A stretch of 64,000 nucleotides of DNA from Gammaproteobacteria bacterium (GTDB lineage: Bacteria; Pseudomonadota; Gammaproteobacteria; JAKDMP01): the NCBI GenBank assembly GCA_027018875.1, contig JALUYA010000007.1, forward strand, positions 23,607 to 87,606. The letters run 5' to 3'. Positions within the stretch are counted from its first letter, which is position 1, and every line of letters starts with the position of its first letter. The position numbers were made by a program, and so were the translations under genes. The notes under the pieces are model-generated. The model saw only the letters and a program-made list of their open reading frames with translations. It did no database searches and was not told where the DNA came from. This document shows positions 38,030 to 53,727 of the stretch, one piece after another.

Positions 38030-41000
38030 CTAGGTTTTTATTGTAGTCGCATTCGGGGTGGTTTCCGAAATGGGGGTAATTGCATCGAGCACTTGCATGA
38101 TGCTCTTTTCCCGGGATTTGAATTCGGCCAGGTTCCGGCGGAGTTCAAGCCGTTTTTCGCCATATAGCCGGTAGGCGCGAGGATTGGCTTGAACCAGGCG
38201 TATCAGCGCCAGGGCATCGAGCCGGGGCATGGGGCCGAAGTCGAATCGTACCCCGTTGGGACCGGCATGGATTCGGGTTATTCCAAGGTGCCGCGCGTGC
38301 TGCTTGATCCCGGCGACGGCAAGCAGCCGCCGCGCCGAATCGGGCAGGGCACCAAAACGATCGACGATCTCCTCGCTTAGCGCCTCAAGATCCGCTGCAC
38401 TCTCGGCATTGGTGATGCGCTTATAGAACACGAGGCGCAAGTGCACATCGGGGATGTAATCATCGGGCAGTAACGCAGCCTCGCCCAGATCTACCTCGAC
38501 CCCGGGGTCGAGTTCGGTTTCCGGTTCGATTTCGCCGCCCGCCTTGAGGGTGGCGATGGCACGCTTGAGGAGTCGATTGTAAAGATCCAGTCCAACTTCT
38601 TCGAGCTGTCCGCTCTGGGCATCGCCGAGCAGTGCCCCGGCACCGCGAATTTCGAGATCCTGGGTGGCAAGAAAGAAACCGGCACCCAGATCTTCCATGC
38701 TCACAAGCGCCTCCAGTCGGGCCTTGGCATCACGTCCCAGCAGTTCTTCCGGAGGCGTAATGAGGTAAGCATAGGCCTGGTGGTGGGATCGACCGACGCG
38801 ACCGCGCAACTGGTGCAGTTGGGCTAGTCCGAAGCGGTGAGCATTATGGATGACGATGGTGTTGGCGGTGGGAATATCGATGCCGCTTTCGATGATGGTG
38901 GTGGCGACGAGGACATCGAAACGACGGTGGTAGAACTCCAGCATGAGTTGTTCCAGTGTCCGCTCGGCCAGCTGGCCATGACCGATCCGAACCTTCGCTT
39001 CAGGAACCAGTTGCTCGATGCGTGAGGCCAGCGCACCGATGCTGCGTACCTCATTGTGAACTACAAAAATCTGCCCTCCGCGGCGGAGTTCACGCAGGAT
39101 TGCATCGCGAATTTGTGCATCTTGCCATTGGTTGACGGTGGTTCGGATTGGTAGCCGTTGTTCGGGTGGCGTGGCAATAATGGACAGGTCGCGAATCCCG
39201 GAAAAAGTCATCGAGAGGGTACGCGGAATCGGGGTGGCGGTCAGTGTCAGGACATCCACCTCGGCACGAAGATGTTTGAGCCGTTCTTTATGGCGTACCC
39301 CGAAGCGATGTTCTTCGTCCACGATGACAAGGCCCAATTTGTCGAAGCGAATGCCGCGCCCAAGTAGGGCATGGGTGCCGATTACGATGTCAACCTTGCC
39401 TTGGATCAAATCTTCCAGAACTCTGGTGCGGTCTTTAGTGCTGCGGAATCGGGAGAGCAGTTCAATGCGCACGGGCCAGTCGGCAAAACGGTCACAAAAA
39501 CTGCGGTAGTGCTGATCGGCCAGTAACGTGGTGGGCACAAGAACGGCCACTTGTCGCCCCGCATAGACCGCAACGAAGGCGGCGCGGAGTGCAATTTCGG
39601 TCTTACCGAATCCGACATCGCCGCAAACCAGCCGATCCATCGGCCGCGCCGTAGTCAAATCAGCCAGTACATCGGAACTGGCGCGGCTCTGGTCGGGGGT
39701 TTCATCGAAGGGAAAGGCCTGGACGAAGCGCTCCCACGCGGACTCATCCAGCGTCAGGGCGGTGCCTCCGCGTGCTTCACGTTGGGCGTAAAGTTCCAGT
39801 AATTCGGCTGCCGCGTCCCGGGCGCGTGCGGCGGCTCGGCGTCGTGCCCGGTCCCATTGGCCGCTGCCGAGCTTGGTTAATGGGGCGTGCTCGGCGTCGG
39901 CGCCGAGGTAACGGGACAGTCGGTCAAGTGCGGCAACCGGAACATACAGGCGATCCCCCCCCGCATATTCGAGTTGTACAAATTCAACCGGATGATCCTC
40001 TACGGTACGAGTTACCAGCCCCCTGAAACGACCGACGCCGTAATCCTGATGTACGACCGGAGTCCCCTCGGTAAGGTCGGTGAGATCCCGGATGATGCTT
40101 GCCGGATCGCGTACTCGGTGGTGATATCGCCGCCGGGTGGCTGCACGAGCGCCGAATACTGCGGCATCCGGTACTATGGCAAGTCCCGCCTCGGGGATCT
40201 CGAACCCGTCTTCGAGTGAGGCAACGGCAAGGACAAACGGACTGGTTGAGGCCCGGGCGGCGGTCCAATCCTCGACCGGCTCGGGTTTGAACCCGCGGCG
40301 GGCTAATACCTCTCGAACCGTTTCCCGCCGTCCGGGTGACTCACAGGTAAAAATGATCTGCGGGGTTTTATTGATGTAATCAATGAATCGCCTCAGGGGT
40401 TCACCGGCTTGGGGTTGCAGCTCTAGCGGGGGAAGTTCACGAATCCCTCGAGGCGGGTTATCGCTCATGGTAATGTGCGGGTGTCCGGCCAGGGCTTGCG
40501 TGGTTGCAGCCGGTGATAGAAAGGCCTCGTCCGGGGTAAGCAGAGGCCTGGATAGGTCATGACGAAACGATTCGTAGCGCGTCTCGACGGTGGTTCGGGC
40601 CGCCACGAGTGCCGTCTCGAACCCCGGCAAGACGATCAGGCTTGCCGCGGGGGGGAGATAATCCGCCAGCGTGGCGGTCCGGTCGAAGAAAAGCGGCAGC
40701 CAACTCTCAATTCCAGGTGGAACCCGCCCTTCGCTGACCCGGTGGTAAATCTCACTAGCCATCGGGTCACCGGGGAAACGTGCGCGCCAGGCTTGGCGGA
40801 AATGGCGTATGCCGGCTTCATCGAAAGGAAATTCGAAGGCCGGCATCATGTTGATACTCGATAATTTGACGTTGGAGATTTGGGTCTGCGGATCAAAACA
40901 GCGGAGTGAGTCGATTTCGTCATCGAACAGGTCGATCCGAACCGGATTTTCCATGCCGCTTGGAAAAACGTCGAGAACGCTCCCGCGGAGTGCAAATTCA

Positions 41001-41485
41001 CCCGGTGCCCGAACTTCACCGACCATGGCATAACCGGCGGTAATCAGTTGGGTCCGGAAAGATTCGATCTCGATTCGGTCCCCGACCGCGTGTGCAAAAC
41101 CGGCCGCCGCGAGCCAGTCTCGCGGCGGCAGTCGTTCAAGGGCCAGATCGGCCGTGGCAATGATGACTCCTTGGCGCAACGTCGATATGCGGCTCAGTGC
41201 GTACAAGCGGCGGGAGATGACTTCGCGGGCGGGGGAAACGCCGTCATAGGGCAACATTTCGCGTTCGGGGATCGAGATGATCGGCAAGTCATCGGAAGCG
41301 AAAAAACCGAGGGCTTCGTTCAGAGTGTCGCTCGCGTGCGCATCGCTTACCAGCACTAGCAGCGGGCTCGAAACGCGTCGGGCCTGTTCAACCATGGCAA
41401 GGGCCAAGGCGGAGCGGGGGAGGTGTGGCCAGATGTTGCCAGGTGGGGGCAAGAACCGGGTCAGTGGGGTGGATGGCATATTCAT
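38030..41485 (-). CDS. mfd: Transcription-repair coupling factor
   Basis: 1151 aa. Superfamily-2 helicase motifs (GDVGFGKTE, DEEHRFG) and a TRCF C-terminal domain. Confidence 0.95.
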   Translation of the reverse strand: MNMPSTPLTRFLPPPGNIWPHLPRSALALAMVEQARRVSSPLLVLVSDAHASDTLNEALGFFASDDLPIISIPEREMLPYDGVSPAREVISRRLYALSRISTLRQGVIIATADLALERLPPRDWLAAAGFAHAVGDRIEIESFRTQLITAGYAMVGEVRAPGEFALRGSVLDVFPSGMENPVRIDLFDDEIDSLRCFDPQTQISNVKLSSINMMPAFEFPFDEAGIRHFRQAWRARFPGDPMASEIYHRVSEGRVPPGIESWLPLFFDRTATLADYLPPAASLIVLPGFETALVAARTTVETRYESFRHDLSRPLLTPDEAFLSPAATTQALAGHPHITMSDNPPRGIRELPPLELQPQAGEPLRRFIDYINKTPQIIFTCESPGRRETVREVLARRGFKPEPVEDWTAARASTSPFVLAVASLEDGFEIPEAGLAIVPDAAVFGARAATRRRYHHRVRDPASIIRDLTDLTEGTPVVHQDYGVGRFRGLVTRTVEDHPVEFVQLEYAGGDRLYVPVAALDRLSRYLGADAEHAPLTKLGSGQWDRARRRAAARARDAAAELLELYAQREARGGTALTLDESAWERFVQAFPFDETPDQSRASSDVLADLTTARPMDRLVCGDVGFGKTEIALRAAFVAVYAGRQVAVLVPTTLLADQHYRSFCDRFADWPVRIELLSRFRSTKDRTRVLEDLIQGKVDIVIGTHALLGRGIRFDKLGLVIVDEEHRFGVRHKERLKHLRAEVDVLTLTATPIPRTLSMTFSGIRDLSIIATPPEQRLPIRTTVNQWQDAQIRDAILRELRRGGQIFVVHNEVRSIGALASRIEQLVPEAKVRIGHGQLAERTLEQLMLEFYHRRFDVLVATTIIESGIDIPTANTIVIHNAHRFGLAQLHQLRGRVGRSHHQAYAYLITPPEELLGRDAKARLEALVSMEDLGAGFFLATQDLEIRGAGALLGDAQSGQLEEVGLDLYNRLLKRAIATLKAGGEIEPETELDPGVEVDLGEAALLPDDYIPDVHLRLVFYKRITNAESAADLEALSEEIVDRFGALPDSARRLLAVAGIKQHARHLGITRIHAGPNGVRFDFGPMPRLDALALIRLVQANPRAYRLYGEKRLELRRNLAEFKSREKSIMQVLDAITPISETTPNATTIKT

Positions 41486-41599
41486 TGCGGGGATATTCTA
41501 AGTAAGCTTCGCCCGCCGGGTGGCGAACTGTGAAAAGGCCGGGGCACTTGAGGGGTTTTTGTACTTTCAATCGGGGGTGGGGCGGGGTTGGTTGGTTGA

Positions 41600-44154
<2,555 letters not shown>

Positions 44155-44164
44155 GGCGCTTGAG

Positions 44165-44503
44165 ATGATGCGCTGGATTGTACTTATCGGGCTTGTGGTC
44201 AGCTTGGTATTTTTACAACGTGCCTTGTGGTTTACCGCCAGCAGCTTACCGAAAGGTCGGTATCTGGAGTCTCGGTTGCAGGTGCAGATGGCAGCTAATC
44301 GGCGGCTGCAACGAGCGAATGCGCATCATTGGGCCGAAGTACGAAGCCTTAAAAGGGGGCTGGGTGCAATCGAGGAACATGCCCGTATGGATTTAGGTCT
44401 TGTCAAGCGGGGGGAAACCTTCTATCAGATTGTGCGGGTACCGGCTCCCCGTACGGCTCCGGAAAGTCCCCGTACCGTTGCGGCACCGGCGGCCGGCGGC
44501 TGA
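44165..44503 (+). CDS. ftsB: Cell-division protein FtsB (septum formation initiator)
   Basis: 113 aa. N-terminal TM helix then a coiled-coil. Conserved position upstream of ispD. Confidence 0.75.
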   Translation: MMRWIVLIGLVVSLVFLQRALWFTASSLPKGRYLESRLQVQMAANRRLQRANAHHWAEVRSLKRGLGAIEEHARMDLGLVKRGETFYQIVRVPAPRTAPESPRTVAAPAAGG

Positions 44504-44516
44504 AGCGGAACACGAC

Positions 44517-45227
44517 ATGGCGATCTGGGCAATTATCCCGGCGGCGGGCCGTGGCCAACGTTTGGGTGCCTTACGGCCTAAGCAATATCTTGCGGTGGCC
44601 GGCCGGGCCTTGATCCTACATGTGCTCGATTGTTTCCTTACCGAGCCCCGAATTTCGGGTATTGCCATCGCCTTGGCACCGGGAGATCGGGAATGGCCTG
44701 AGGTGGCGCCGGTTGAGCCCCGTAAGCCGGTGCTAATCGTGCCCGGAGGGAGGGATCGTTCGGATTCGGTTCTTTCCGCCTTAAACGCTTTGACCGGAAA
44801 ACTGGAAAAAGATGATTGGGTTATAGTGCACGATGCCGCCCGGCCTTGCTTGCGCCCCGAGGATCTCGGTCACCTCATCGATATGGTGAGCAACGATTCC
44901 GTCGGTGGGGTTTTGGCCGTTCCCGTCGTCGATACGCTAAAGCGTGCCGATAGCGGGGGACATATCACCGCGACGGTGCCGCGCAAGGAGTTATGGCGGG
45001 CGTTGACCCCGCAGATGTTTCGTTACGGTTTACTGCAAGCGGCTTTACTTGAATCCCGCTCGGCGGGGAGCCTGGTCACGGATGAGGCCATGGCGGTTGA
45101 ACGCGTGGGATATGTTCCCCGCCTGGTCGAAGGAAGTGCCGATAATATCAAGGTTACTCACGCGCAGGATCTGGTTCTTGCGGAGGCTATTCTTTTGCAT
45201 CGGCACGGTTCCTCCGCAAAACAATGA
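44517..45227 (+). CDS. ispD: 2-C-methyl-D-erythritol 4-phosphate cytidylyltransferase
   Basis: AIIPAAGRGQRLG N-terminal signature. 236 aa. Confidence 0.9.
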   Translation: MAIWAIIPAAGRGQRLGALRPKQYLAVAGRALILHVLDCFLTEPRISGIAIALAPGDREWPEVAPVEPRKPVLIVPGGRDRSDSVLSALNALTGKLEKDDWVIVHDAARPCLRPEDLGHLIDMVSNDSVGGVLAVPVVDTLKRADSGGHITATVPRKELWRALTPQMFRYGLLQAALLESRSAGSLVTDEAMAVERVGYVPRLVEGSADNIKVTHAQDLVLAEAILLHRHGSSAKQ

Positions 45228-45249
45228 TCTCTGGATGTATAATTAATTC

Positions 45250-45423
45250 ATGGCAGAGACATCCACAAAAAAAAATACGCTGCAACCGGCGCCCGGTGGC
45301 GAAAAAACAGGCACGAAAGATGTAGATCCCAAGGAAGCGCCGCGGGAAATTGGTGGGCCCAAAGGACCCGAACCTACGCGCTATGGTGATTGGGAACGCA
45401 ACGGGCGCTGCATCGATTTTTGA
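45250..45423 (+). CDS. Small DUF1674/SDHAF4-like protein (57 aa), not in the supplied ORF track
   Basis: Translation ends in [23 protein letters not shown], matching the conserved C-terminus of SDHAF4/DUF1674 proteins. Located 36 bp upstream of sdhC on the same strand. Confidence 0.6.
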   Translation: MAETSTKKNTLQPAPGGEKTGTKDVDPKEAPREIGGPKGPEPTRYGDWERNGRCIDF

Positions 45424-45458
45424 ATTGGTCAATTCGCAGGGACTTAGGGGGTAATTTT

Positions 45459-45860
45459 ATGAATAACAGTCGATCCATGCCGCTTTCTCCGCATATCGCG
45501 ATCTACCGCTGGCCACTCTCGATGACGTTATCGATTCTGCACCGGATTTCCGGGGTGGTGCTTTATAGTGGCGCGCTGGGATTGGTCTATTGGCTGGTTG
45601 CATTGGCCGAGGGTCCAAATGCTTTTGCGACGGCGGGCTGGTTTTTCCACAGCTGGATCGGGCAGGTTTTCCTGTGTTTATGGAGCCTCGCATTTTTCTA
45701 TCATTTACTTACCGGGATCCGACATCTGGCCTGGGATTCCGGTTGGGGTTTTGAGCGTCGTGCTTATTACTTCAGCGGTTGGCTGGTGGTGCTGGGGACG
45801 GTCGGCCTCACCGCGGCAACCTGGATTTTTGGCTGGCTGATTGTGGGAGGTGTGCTATGA
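45459..45860 (+). CDS. sdhC: Succinate dehydrogenase cytochrome b556 subunit
   Basis: RPLSPHIAIYRWP, three TM helices. Start placed at MNNSRS. Confidence 0.85.
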   Translation: MNNSRSMPLSPHIAIYRWPLSMTLSILHRISGVVLYSGALGLVYWLVALAEGPNAFATAGWFFHSWIGQVFLCLWSLAFFYHLLTGIRHLAWDSGWGFERRAYYFSGWLVVLGTVGLTAATWIFGWLIVGGVL

Positions 45861-46237
45861 GTTTTCAAACCCCCCTTGGAGTTGCTCGCGGAAACGGTAC
45901 GGCACGCAGCGGCACCGGACATGGGCTTGTGCAGCATGCCATAGCATTGGCATTAATTCCGATCGGATTGGCCGCGGCCGTCCTATTTTTCTGGATGATA
46001 CAAGTCGGTTATGCCGGGGCAGTCTCTTTGCTGCGCCAACCCTGGGTGTTGTTGTTTGTGGTTTTGCTGGTTGCTCTGCCTTTTTGGCACGGGTATCTCG
46101 GGATCAAGGTGATCATAGAGGATTACGTTAGTAACAAACGCTTGGCGTATACGGCGATTACGCTGATACGCTTTCTCAGCGTTGCCGTGGCGTTGCTGGG
46201 GATCATTGCGGCGGCGAAGATCGGATTTGGAGGTTGA
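45857..46237 (+). CDS. sdhD: Succinate dehydrogenase hydrophobic membrane anchor subunit
   Basis: Three TM helices. Position between sdhC and sdhA. ATGA overlap with the sdhC stop. Confidence 0.8.
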   Translation: MSFQTPLGVARGNGTARSGTGHGLVQHAIALALIPIGLAAAVLFFWMIQVGYAGAVSLLRQPWVLLFVVLLVALPFWHGYLGIKVIIEDYVSNKRLAYTAITLIRFLSVAVALLGIIAAAKIGFGG

Positions 46238-48027
46238 TGGCAATGCATGGCGATTACAAAATTATTGATCATATTTACGATGTTGTTGTGGTTGGTGCCG
46301 GGGGGTCCGGTCTGCGGGCGACGCTTGGTTTGGCTGAGGCGGGTTTGAAGACCGCCTGCGTGACCAAGGTTTTCCCGACGCGCAGCCACACCGTGGCCGC
46401 TCAGGGTGGCATTGCGGCTTCTCTCGGCAATATGGGGGAGGACCATTGGTCCTGGCATATGTACGATACCATCAAGGGATCGGACTGGCTGGGGGACCAG
46501 GATGCGATTGAATTTCTGTGCCGCAAGGCCCCCGATGCGGTCATCGAACTCGATCACTACGGCGTGCCCTTTTCCCGGACCGAAGAGGGGAAGATTTATC
46601 AGCGTCCTTTCGGCGGTATGACAACGCATTTCGGCGAAGGGACGGCGGAACGATCCTGCGCGGCGGCGGATCGCACGGGCCATGCCATGTTGCATGCGCT
46701 CTACCAACAGGCGCTAAAGCATCGGGCGGAGTTCTTTATCGAGTGTTTTGCGATCGATCTCATCATGGAAGGGGATACCTGTCGCGGCTTGTTGGCCTGG
46801 GATTTGATGAGCGGGGAGTTACACCGGTTTTCCGCCCAGATGGTGATCTTGGCAACCGGCGGCTATGGCCGGACTTATTTCTCTTGTACCTCCGCTCATA
46901 CCTGCACCGGCGACGGTAACGGGATGGTATTGCGGGCCGGGTTGCCGTTACAGGACGTGGAATTCGTCCAGTTTCACCCCACGGGGATCTATGGTGCCGG
47001 CTGCCTCATCACCGAGGGTTGTCGTGGCGAGGGTGGTTATCTGACCAACAGTGAAGGCGAGCGGTTTATGGAGCGCTATGCTCCACACGCAAAGGATCTG
47101 GCTTCCCGGGATGTCGTCTCCCGTGCTATGACCATCGAAATACGTGAAGGTAGGGGGGTAGGTGAGCACAAGGATCATCTTTTTCTGCATATTGAGCATC
47201 TCGGGGCTGATCTATTGCACGAGCGCTTACCTGGTATCACGGAGACCACACGAGTTTTTACCGGAGTCGATGCGACCAAGGATCCGATCCCCGTGCTGCC
47301 GACGGCCCATTATTGCATGGGGGGAATACCTACCAATTATCATGGCGAGGCGGTTACCTTGCGAGACGGGAATCCCGACAGCGTGGTGCCCGGTCTGATG
47401 GCGGTCGGTGAAACCGCCTGCGTTTCGGTGCATGGTGCAAACCGCCTGGGTACAAACTCACTGATTGATTTGGTTGTATTCGGTCGGGCTGCGGCCGAAC
47501 GCTGCAACGAGGTCGTCAAGCCGGGTGCAACCGCTGCATTACCCGCAAAGGCCGGTGATGCCGCGCTCGACCGGTTCGATCGCCTGCGCTTTTCCAAGGG
47601 CTCGGTACCGACAGCGCAAATCCGGGATCAGATGCAACGCACGATGCAGTCCCATGCCTCGGTTTTTCGCGATGGTGCCACGCTGGAAGAGGGCAAGCAG
47701 AAGTTGGCGGAGATTGCCGCACAACTGAAAGATGTCAGTGTTTCTGATCGTTCATTGGTCTGGAACTCGGATCTTGCCGAGACTTTGGAGCTGGCCAACT
47801 TGCTGGCACAGGCCACGGTCGTTCTCCATGCCGCTGCCAATCGTACCGAAAGTCGAGGTGCGCATGCCCGCGAAGACTACAAGGAACGTGATGATAAGAA
47901 CTGGATGAAGCATACGCTTATCTGGGGCAGTTCACATGAGAATATTCGTATTGACTATCGCCCGGTACACGACTATACGTTGACCAACGAGATTAAACCT
48001 TTTCCGCCTAAGAAGCGGGTTTATTGA
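46234..48027 (+). CDS. sdhA: Succinate dehydrogenase flavoprotein subunit
   Basis: [15 protein letters not shown]-binding motif, [10 protein letters not shown]. 597 aa. Confidence 0.95.
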   Translation: MMAMHGDYKIIDHIYDVVVVGAGGSGLRATLGLAEAGLKTACVTKVFPTRSHTVAAQGGIAASLGNMGEDHWSWHMYDTIKGSDWLGDQDAIEFLCRKAPDAVIELDHYGVPFSRTEEGKIYQRPFGGMTTHFGEGTAERSCAAADRTGHAMLHALYQQALKHRAEFFIECFAIDLIMEGDTCRGLLAWDLMSGELHRFSAQMVILATGGYGRTYFSCTSAHTCTGDGNGMVLRAGLPLQDVEFVQFHPTGIYGAGCLITEGCRGEGGYLTNSEGERFMERYAPHAKDLASRDVVSRAMTIEIREGRGVGEHKDHLFLHIEHLGADLLHERLPGITETTRVFTGVDATKDPIPVLPTAHYCMGGIPTNYHGEAVTLRDGNPDSVVPGLMAVGETACVSVHGANRLGTNSLIDLVVFGRAAAERCNEVVKPGATAALPAKAGDAALDRFDRLRFSKGSVPTAQIRDQMQRTMQSHASVFRDGATLEEGKQKLAEIAAQLKDVSVSDRSLVWNSDLAETLELANLLAQATVVLHAAANRTESRGAHAREDYKERDDKNWMKHTLIWGSSHENIRIDYRPVHDYTLTNEIKPFPPKKRVY

Positions 48028-48039
48028 GGATTTTCAACC

Positions 48040-48828
48040 ATGGTGCAATTGCGACTTCCACAGAATTCCCGTCCGCTGAAAGGTAAAACCTATAGGGTTA
48101 AGAACGCGACTCATATCAAGCGGTTCCGGATTTATCGCTATGACCCGGATACGGACGATAATCCACGCGTGGATACTTACGAAGTGGACCGGGATCATTG
48201 TGGACCAAGGGTATTAGATGCCCTGATCAAGATAAAGAATGAGATTGATCCCACGTTAACTTTCCGTCGGAGTTGCCGTGAAGGCGTATGTGGGTCTTGT
48301 GCGATGAACATCGGCAATGGCGCGGGGGGTACCAATACACTGGCTTGCACGACGGGCTGGGAAGATATCAAGGGGGATGTACGCATTTACCCCTTGCCTC
48401 ACATGCCGGTCGTGAAGGATCTGGTGCCTGATCTGACCCATTTTTATGCCCAGTATGCCTCCATAGAACCCTGGATCAAAACTTCTTCACCGCTGCCTAG
48501 CCGTGAGCGTAAACAGTCACCGGAAGAGCGAGCCAGACTCGATGGCCTTTGGGAGTGCGTACTCTGCGCCAGTTGTTCCACCAGTTGTCCGAGTTACTGG
48601 TGGAACAGCGATCGTTATCTTGGGCCCGCCGTACTGCTACAGGCTTATCGTTGGATTTCCGACAGTCGGGATGAGGCAACAGGTGAACGGCTGGATGCTT
48701 TGGAGGATCCGTTTAAGCTCTATCGTTGCCATACGATTTTGAATTGCACCAATACTTGTCCCAAGGAGCTTAATCCGGCTAAGGCCATTAGCGAGATCAA
48801 GCGATTAATCGCCAAGCGTGAGCTGTAA
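48040..48828 (+). CDS. sdhB: Succinate dehydrogenase iron-sulfur subunit
   Basis: [13 protein letters not shown] and CxxCxxCxxxCP cluster motifs. Confidence 0.95.
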   Translation: MVQLRLPQNSRPLKGKTYRVKNATHIKRFRIYRYDPDTDDNPRVDTYEVDRDHCGPRVLDALIKIKNEIDPTLTFRRSCREGVCGSCAMNIGNGAGGTNTLACTTGWEDIKGDVRIYPLPHMPVVKDLVPDLTHFYAQYASIEPWIKTSSPLPSRERKQSPEERARLDGLWECVLCASCSTSCPSYWWNSDRYLGPAVLLQAYRWISDSRDEATGERLDALEDPFKLYRCHTILNCTNTCPKELNPAKAISEIKRLIAKREL

Positions 48829-48847
48829 TCCGGGATAAGGTACAAGT

Positions 48848-49123
48848 TTGATCCCCAGTGTGAGCGAACCGTCTCCTCAAGGCGATCCAGCGGTTGAGCG
48901 CGCGCGGTTGCGTTGGCAGTGCCGGCGTGGGCTGCGTGAACTCGATATACTGTTGAAATCGTACCTGGATACGCGTTATCCATCGGCGTCGGACGACGAG
49001 CGCAAGGCATTTGCCGATTTGCTCCAATGCACCGACTACGAGCTGATGGACTGGATATTGGGGCATGCAAATCCTCCCGATGAGTTGGTGGATGTTGTTC
49101 GAGCGATTACCCCCTCTTATTGA
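48848..49123 (+). CDS. sdhE: FAD assembly factor SdhE (YgfY/CptB family)
   Basis: RLRWQCRRGLRELDILL signature. 91 aa. Confidence 0.8.
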   Translation: MIPSVSEPSPQGDPAVERARLRWQCRRGLRELDILLKSYLDTRYPSASDDERKAFADLLQCTDYELMDWILGHANPPDELVDVVRAITPSY

Positions 49124-49145
49124 CTTGGCGTTGCGTCCGTCCCGG

Positions 49146-49583
49146 ATGCTGACGGGGTTATTAGCCGGTTTTTATGGGGCTGCAATCATTGCTGCTTTAG
49201 CCAATGGGTTGCCCTTGATCGTCCGTGTATTGTTGGCCCTGGTTTTAGGGGGGGTGGGCGGATTCTGGATCTTGTCTCATGCGGTTCGTTATTCCTCATC
49301 TTCGGTGGAGCGATTCGTGTGGCATCCCGAGGGAGAGTGTGTGCTGATTGATCGCCGGGGCCGAACCTTCAGCGGGCGGATCGAGCCGGGAGCCTGGGTC
49401 AGCCCCGGACTCGTGGTATTACAGATTCGGGGTTCTACCTGGAGGCGGCGGGCTCTCGTAGTGGCTTACGATGCAGTGGATCCGACTGCATTCAGGCGGT
49501 TACGCATGCGTCTGCGGATCTCTCCGCCTTCGTCTTCCGGCATGGTAAGAAAACTGCTCCATAGGTTGCCTAAACACCGATGA
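49146..49583 (+). CDS. YgfX/CptA-like inner-membrane protein (partner of SdhE). Start uncertain: the listed ORF begins at 49065 inside sdhE, and candidates are TTG 49125 or ATG 49146.
   Basis: Two N-terminal TM helices then a cytoplasmic domain. Conserved sdhE-ygfX gene order as in E. coli. Confidence 0.5.
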   Translation: MLTGLLAGFYGAAIIAALANGLPLIVRVLLALVLGGVGGFWILSHAVRYSSSSVERFVWHPEGECVLIDRRGRTFSGRIEPGAWVSPGLVVLQIRGSTWRRRALVVAYDAVDPTAFRRLRMRLRISPPSSSGMVRKLLHRLPKHR

Positions 49584-49887
49584 TTGCAGTGAATATGAGG
49601 CGTCCGGATTACCGAGGAGCCCCGTGGGGGCCGGGTTCCCGAAGCCGGTGACAATGTAGCCGGCTCAAGGAGAAAATCGCTCTCGTGCCGAGCGCTGATC
49701 CCTTCGTGTACATCGTCGTTCAGGTGGCTGAATAGCCATTGGTGCAACCCCTTCAGTAATCAAGGCAACATCATGACCCTGGGCCTACAGAAAAGGCTGG
49801 AAGTTGACAATCCTAGATTTTGAGGGTGTAATATAAGTTATGAATTCGGTGGTTTTCACTCTTCGCTCAGCCCGGTGCATTGCTTGC

Positions 49888-49959
49888 ATGATGTGCATGT
49901 GTATTCCGCAACATGCCATGCGGGTTATGGAGAGTGGGCCGGTGATAAGCACCGGATAG
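49888..49959 (+). CDS. Candidate Met/Cys-rich leader peptide MMCMCIPQHAMRVMESGPVISTG (23 aa) in the metY leader
   Basis: ATG-dense stretch read directly. In-frame Met at codons 1, 2, 4, 11, 14 and Cys at codons 3, 5. Lies about 30 nt upstream of a terminator hairpin. No strong Shine-Dalgarno sequence. Confidence 0.4.
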   Translation: MMCMCIPQHAMRVMESGPVISTG

Positions 49960-49987
49960 GCTGAAAAGCCAGCTACACGAAGTCAGA

Positions 49988-50020
49988 AACCCGCGATGGC
50001 GCAGCCGTTGCGGGTTTTTT
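49988..50020 (+). terminator. Intrinsic terminator/attenuator: hairpin with arms CCCGC (49990-49994) and GCGGG (50010-50014), then TTTTTT (50015-50020)
   Basis: Read directly. Sits 100 nt upstream of the metY start rather than after a gene, hence a likely attenuator. Confidence 0.6.
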
Positions 50021-50108
50021 GTTGGTGTCATTCCGCAACGTCGGCTCCACGCATTTGAATTGTCCGGCTCTAGCGAGCCGGGTTTTGGCGTGAAATGATT
50101 TTACTTGA

Positions 50109-52512
<2,404 letters not shown>

Positions 52513-52525
<13 letters not shown>

Positions 52526-53601
52526 AGCGATGGAGAACGAGGGTATTTCTCGCCGGCATGGGTGGGCGGGTCGGGAGTGCCTTGTGCGAACAGCTCGAGG
52601 CGCTGGGTGGGATGGGCCGGACTACCTCTTTCCCCGCTGAATTTTGCGGGGGAGCCAATCGTCGGTGGGTTCAGTGGAGGGGTGTAGATCCGGTTCCGCG
52701 AACACCCGGGGACTGGTCTGGAATTATCGATCGGCTCGCGAGGTTGGACCGGGTTTTGTTTGTCGATTGTACGGCCAGCGAGGAGGTCTCGGCATTGTAC
52801 TCGGAGTTACTTGCCGCCGGTATCGGCATTGTCACGGCAAACAAGTTGGCGCTGAGCGGGCCTCTGGATGGGTATTTGCAGCTGCATCGACTTGCCGCTG
52901 AGCAGGGTGTCCCATTGCGCTATGAAACTACCGTGGGGGCTGCCTTGCCGGTACTGGACTCGCTTGCCGCACTGAGAGCACGCGGCGAGAAGTTACTGTG
53001 TCTCGATGCCGCGCTTTCGGGGACACTGTCGTTCCTATTCTCGGGTATCAACCGGGGAGAGCGCTTTTCCGCAGTGTTGCGGGAGGCATATCGGCGGGGA
53101 TTGACCGAACCTCACCCGGTGGAAGATCTGCTGGGCGCTGACCTGGTGCGCAAGCTGGTGATTTTGCTGCGTGAGTCGGGGGTTATGATCGAACCAGAGC
53201 AGGTTCGGCTGGAGCCGATTTTACCTGCAGGTTGTAGCTGGGCCCATGATCCGGAGCGATTTTTCGAACAATCCCAGGTGCTTGATGAACTGTGGCAAGC
53301 CCGTGCGGCGCGGGGCCCGCTGGCGGCACTGGCACGCTGGAATTTGCAAACCGCCAGTGTCGAAGTCGTCCAGGTAGAATCGGATTCGCCGTTTGCCCGC
53401 CTGGGCGCCGGGGCCAACCTGGTCTGTTGCCATACCGAGCATTATGCTGCGCAACCTCTGGTGATTTCCGGGCCGGGCGCCGGATCCGCTATCACCGCCG
53501 CCGGGGTGATCAGTGATGTGATCCAGGCGGCTTACCGCTTCGATCGCTGCATTCCCGGCGTCTCGACTGCGCTTCGGGTCGGTGCCGATGCGCCGATGTG
53601 A
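52513..53601 (+). CDS. hom: Homoserine dehydrogenase (short form without ACT domain)
   Basis: Rossmann N-terminus (VFLAGMGGRVGSAL), catalytic region LSGTLSF, and C-terminal GPGAGSAITAAGVISDVI typical of HSDH. Confidence 0.75.
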
Positions 53602-53727
53602 TTCTGCCCGGGGTTGCCTTGTTGCAGGACTGAGTCCGGTACCGGTCTGCGGGCCCGATTCGGTAGGCTCGAGACCTGTCCAGCAATCAGGAGTTCCTCG
53701 GGGGTGGAGACAGGGTGGCGAGGGTTC

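Noticed and set aside
49600-49700. Possible SAH/SAM riboswitch in the metY leader (CCGAGGAGCC ... GGCUCAAGGAG resembles parts of the SAH-riboswitch consensus; GGUUAUGGAGAGUGGGCCGGUGAUAAGC has faint SAM-I flavour)
   Set aside because: The matches are partial. The conserved GAGGAGCGCUGC/ACGGCGCUCAC blocks (SAH) and the full S-box core are not reproduced. I cannot score a covariance model by eye. The leader-peptide/terminator interpretation rests on features actually visible in the sequence.
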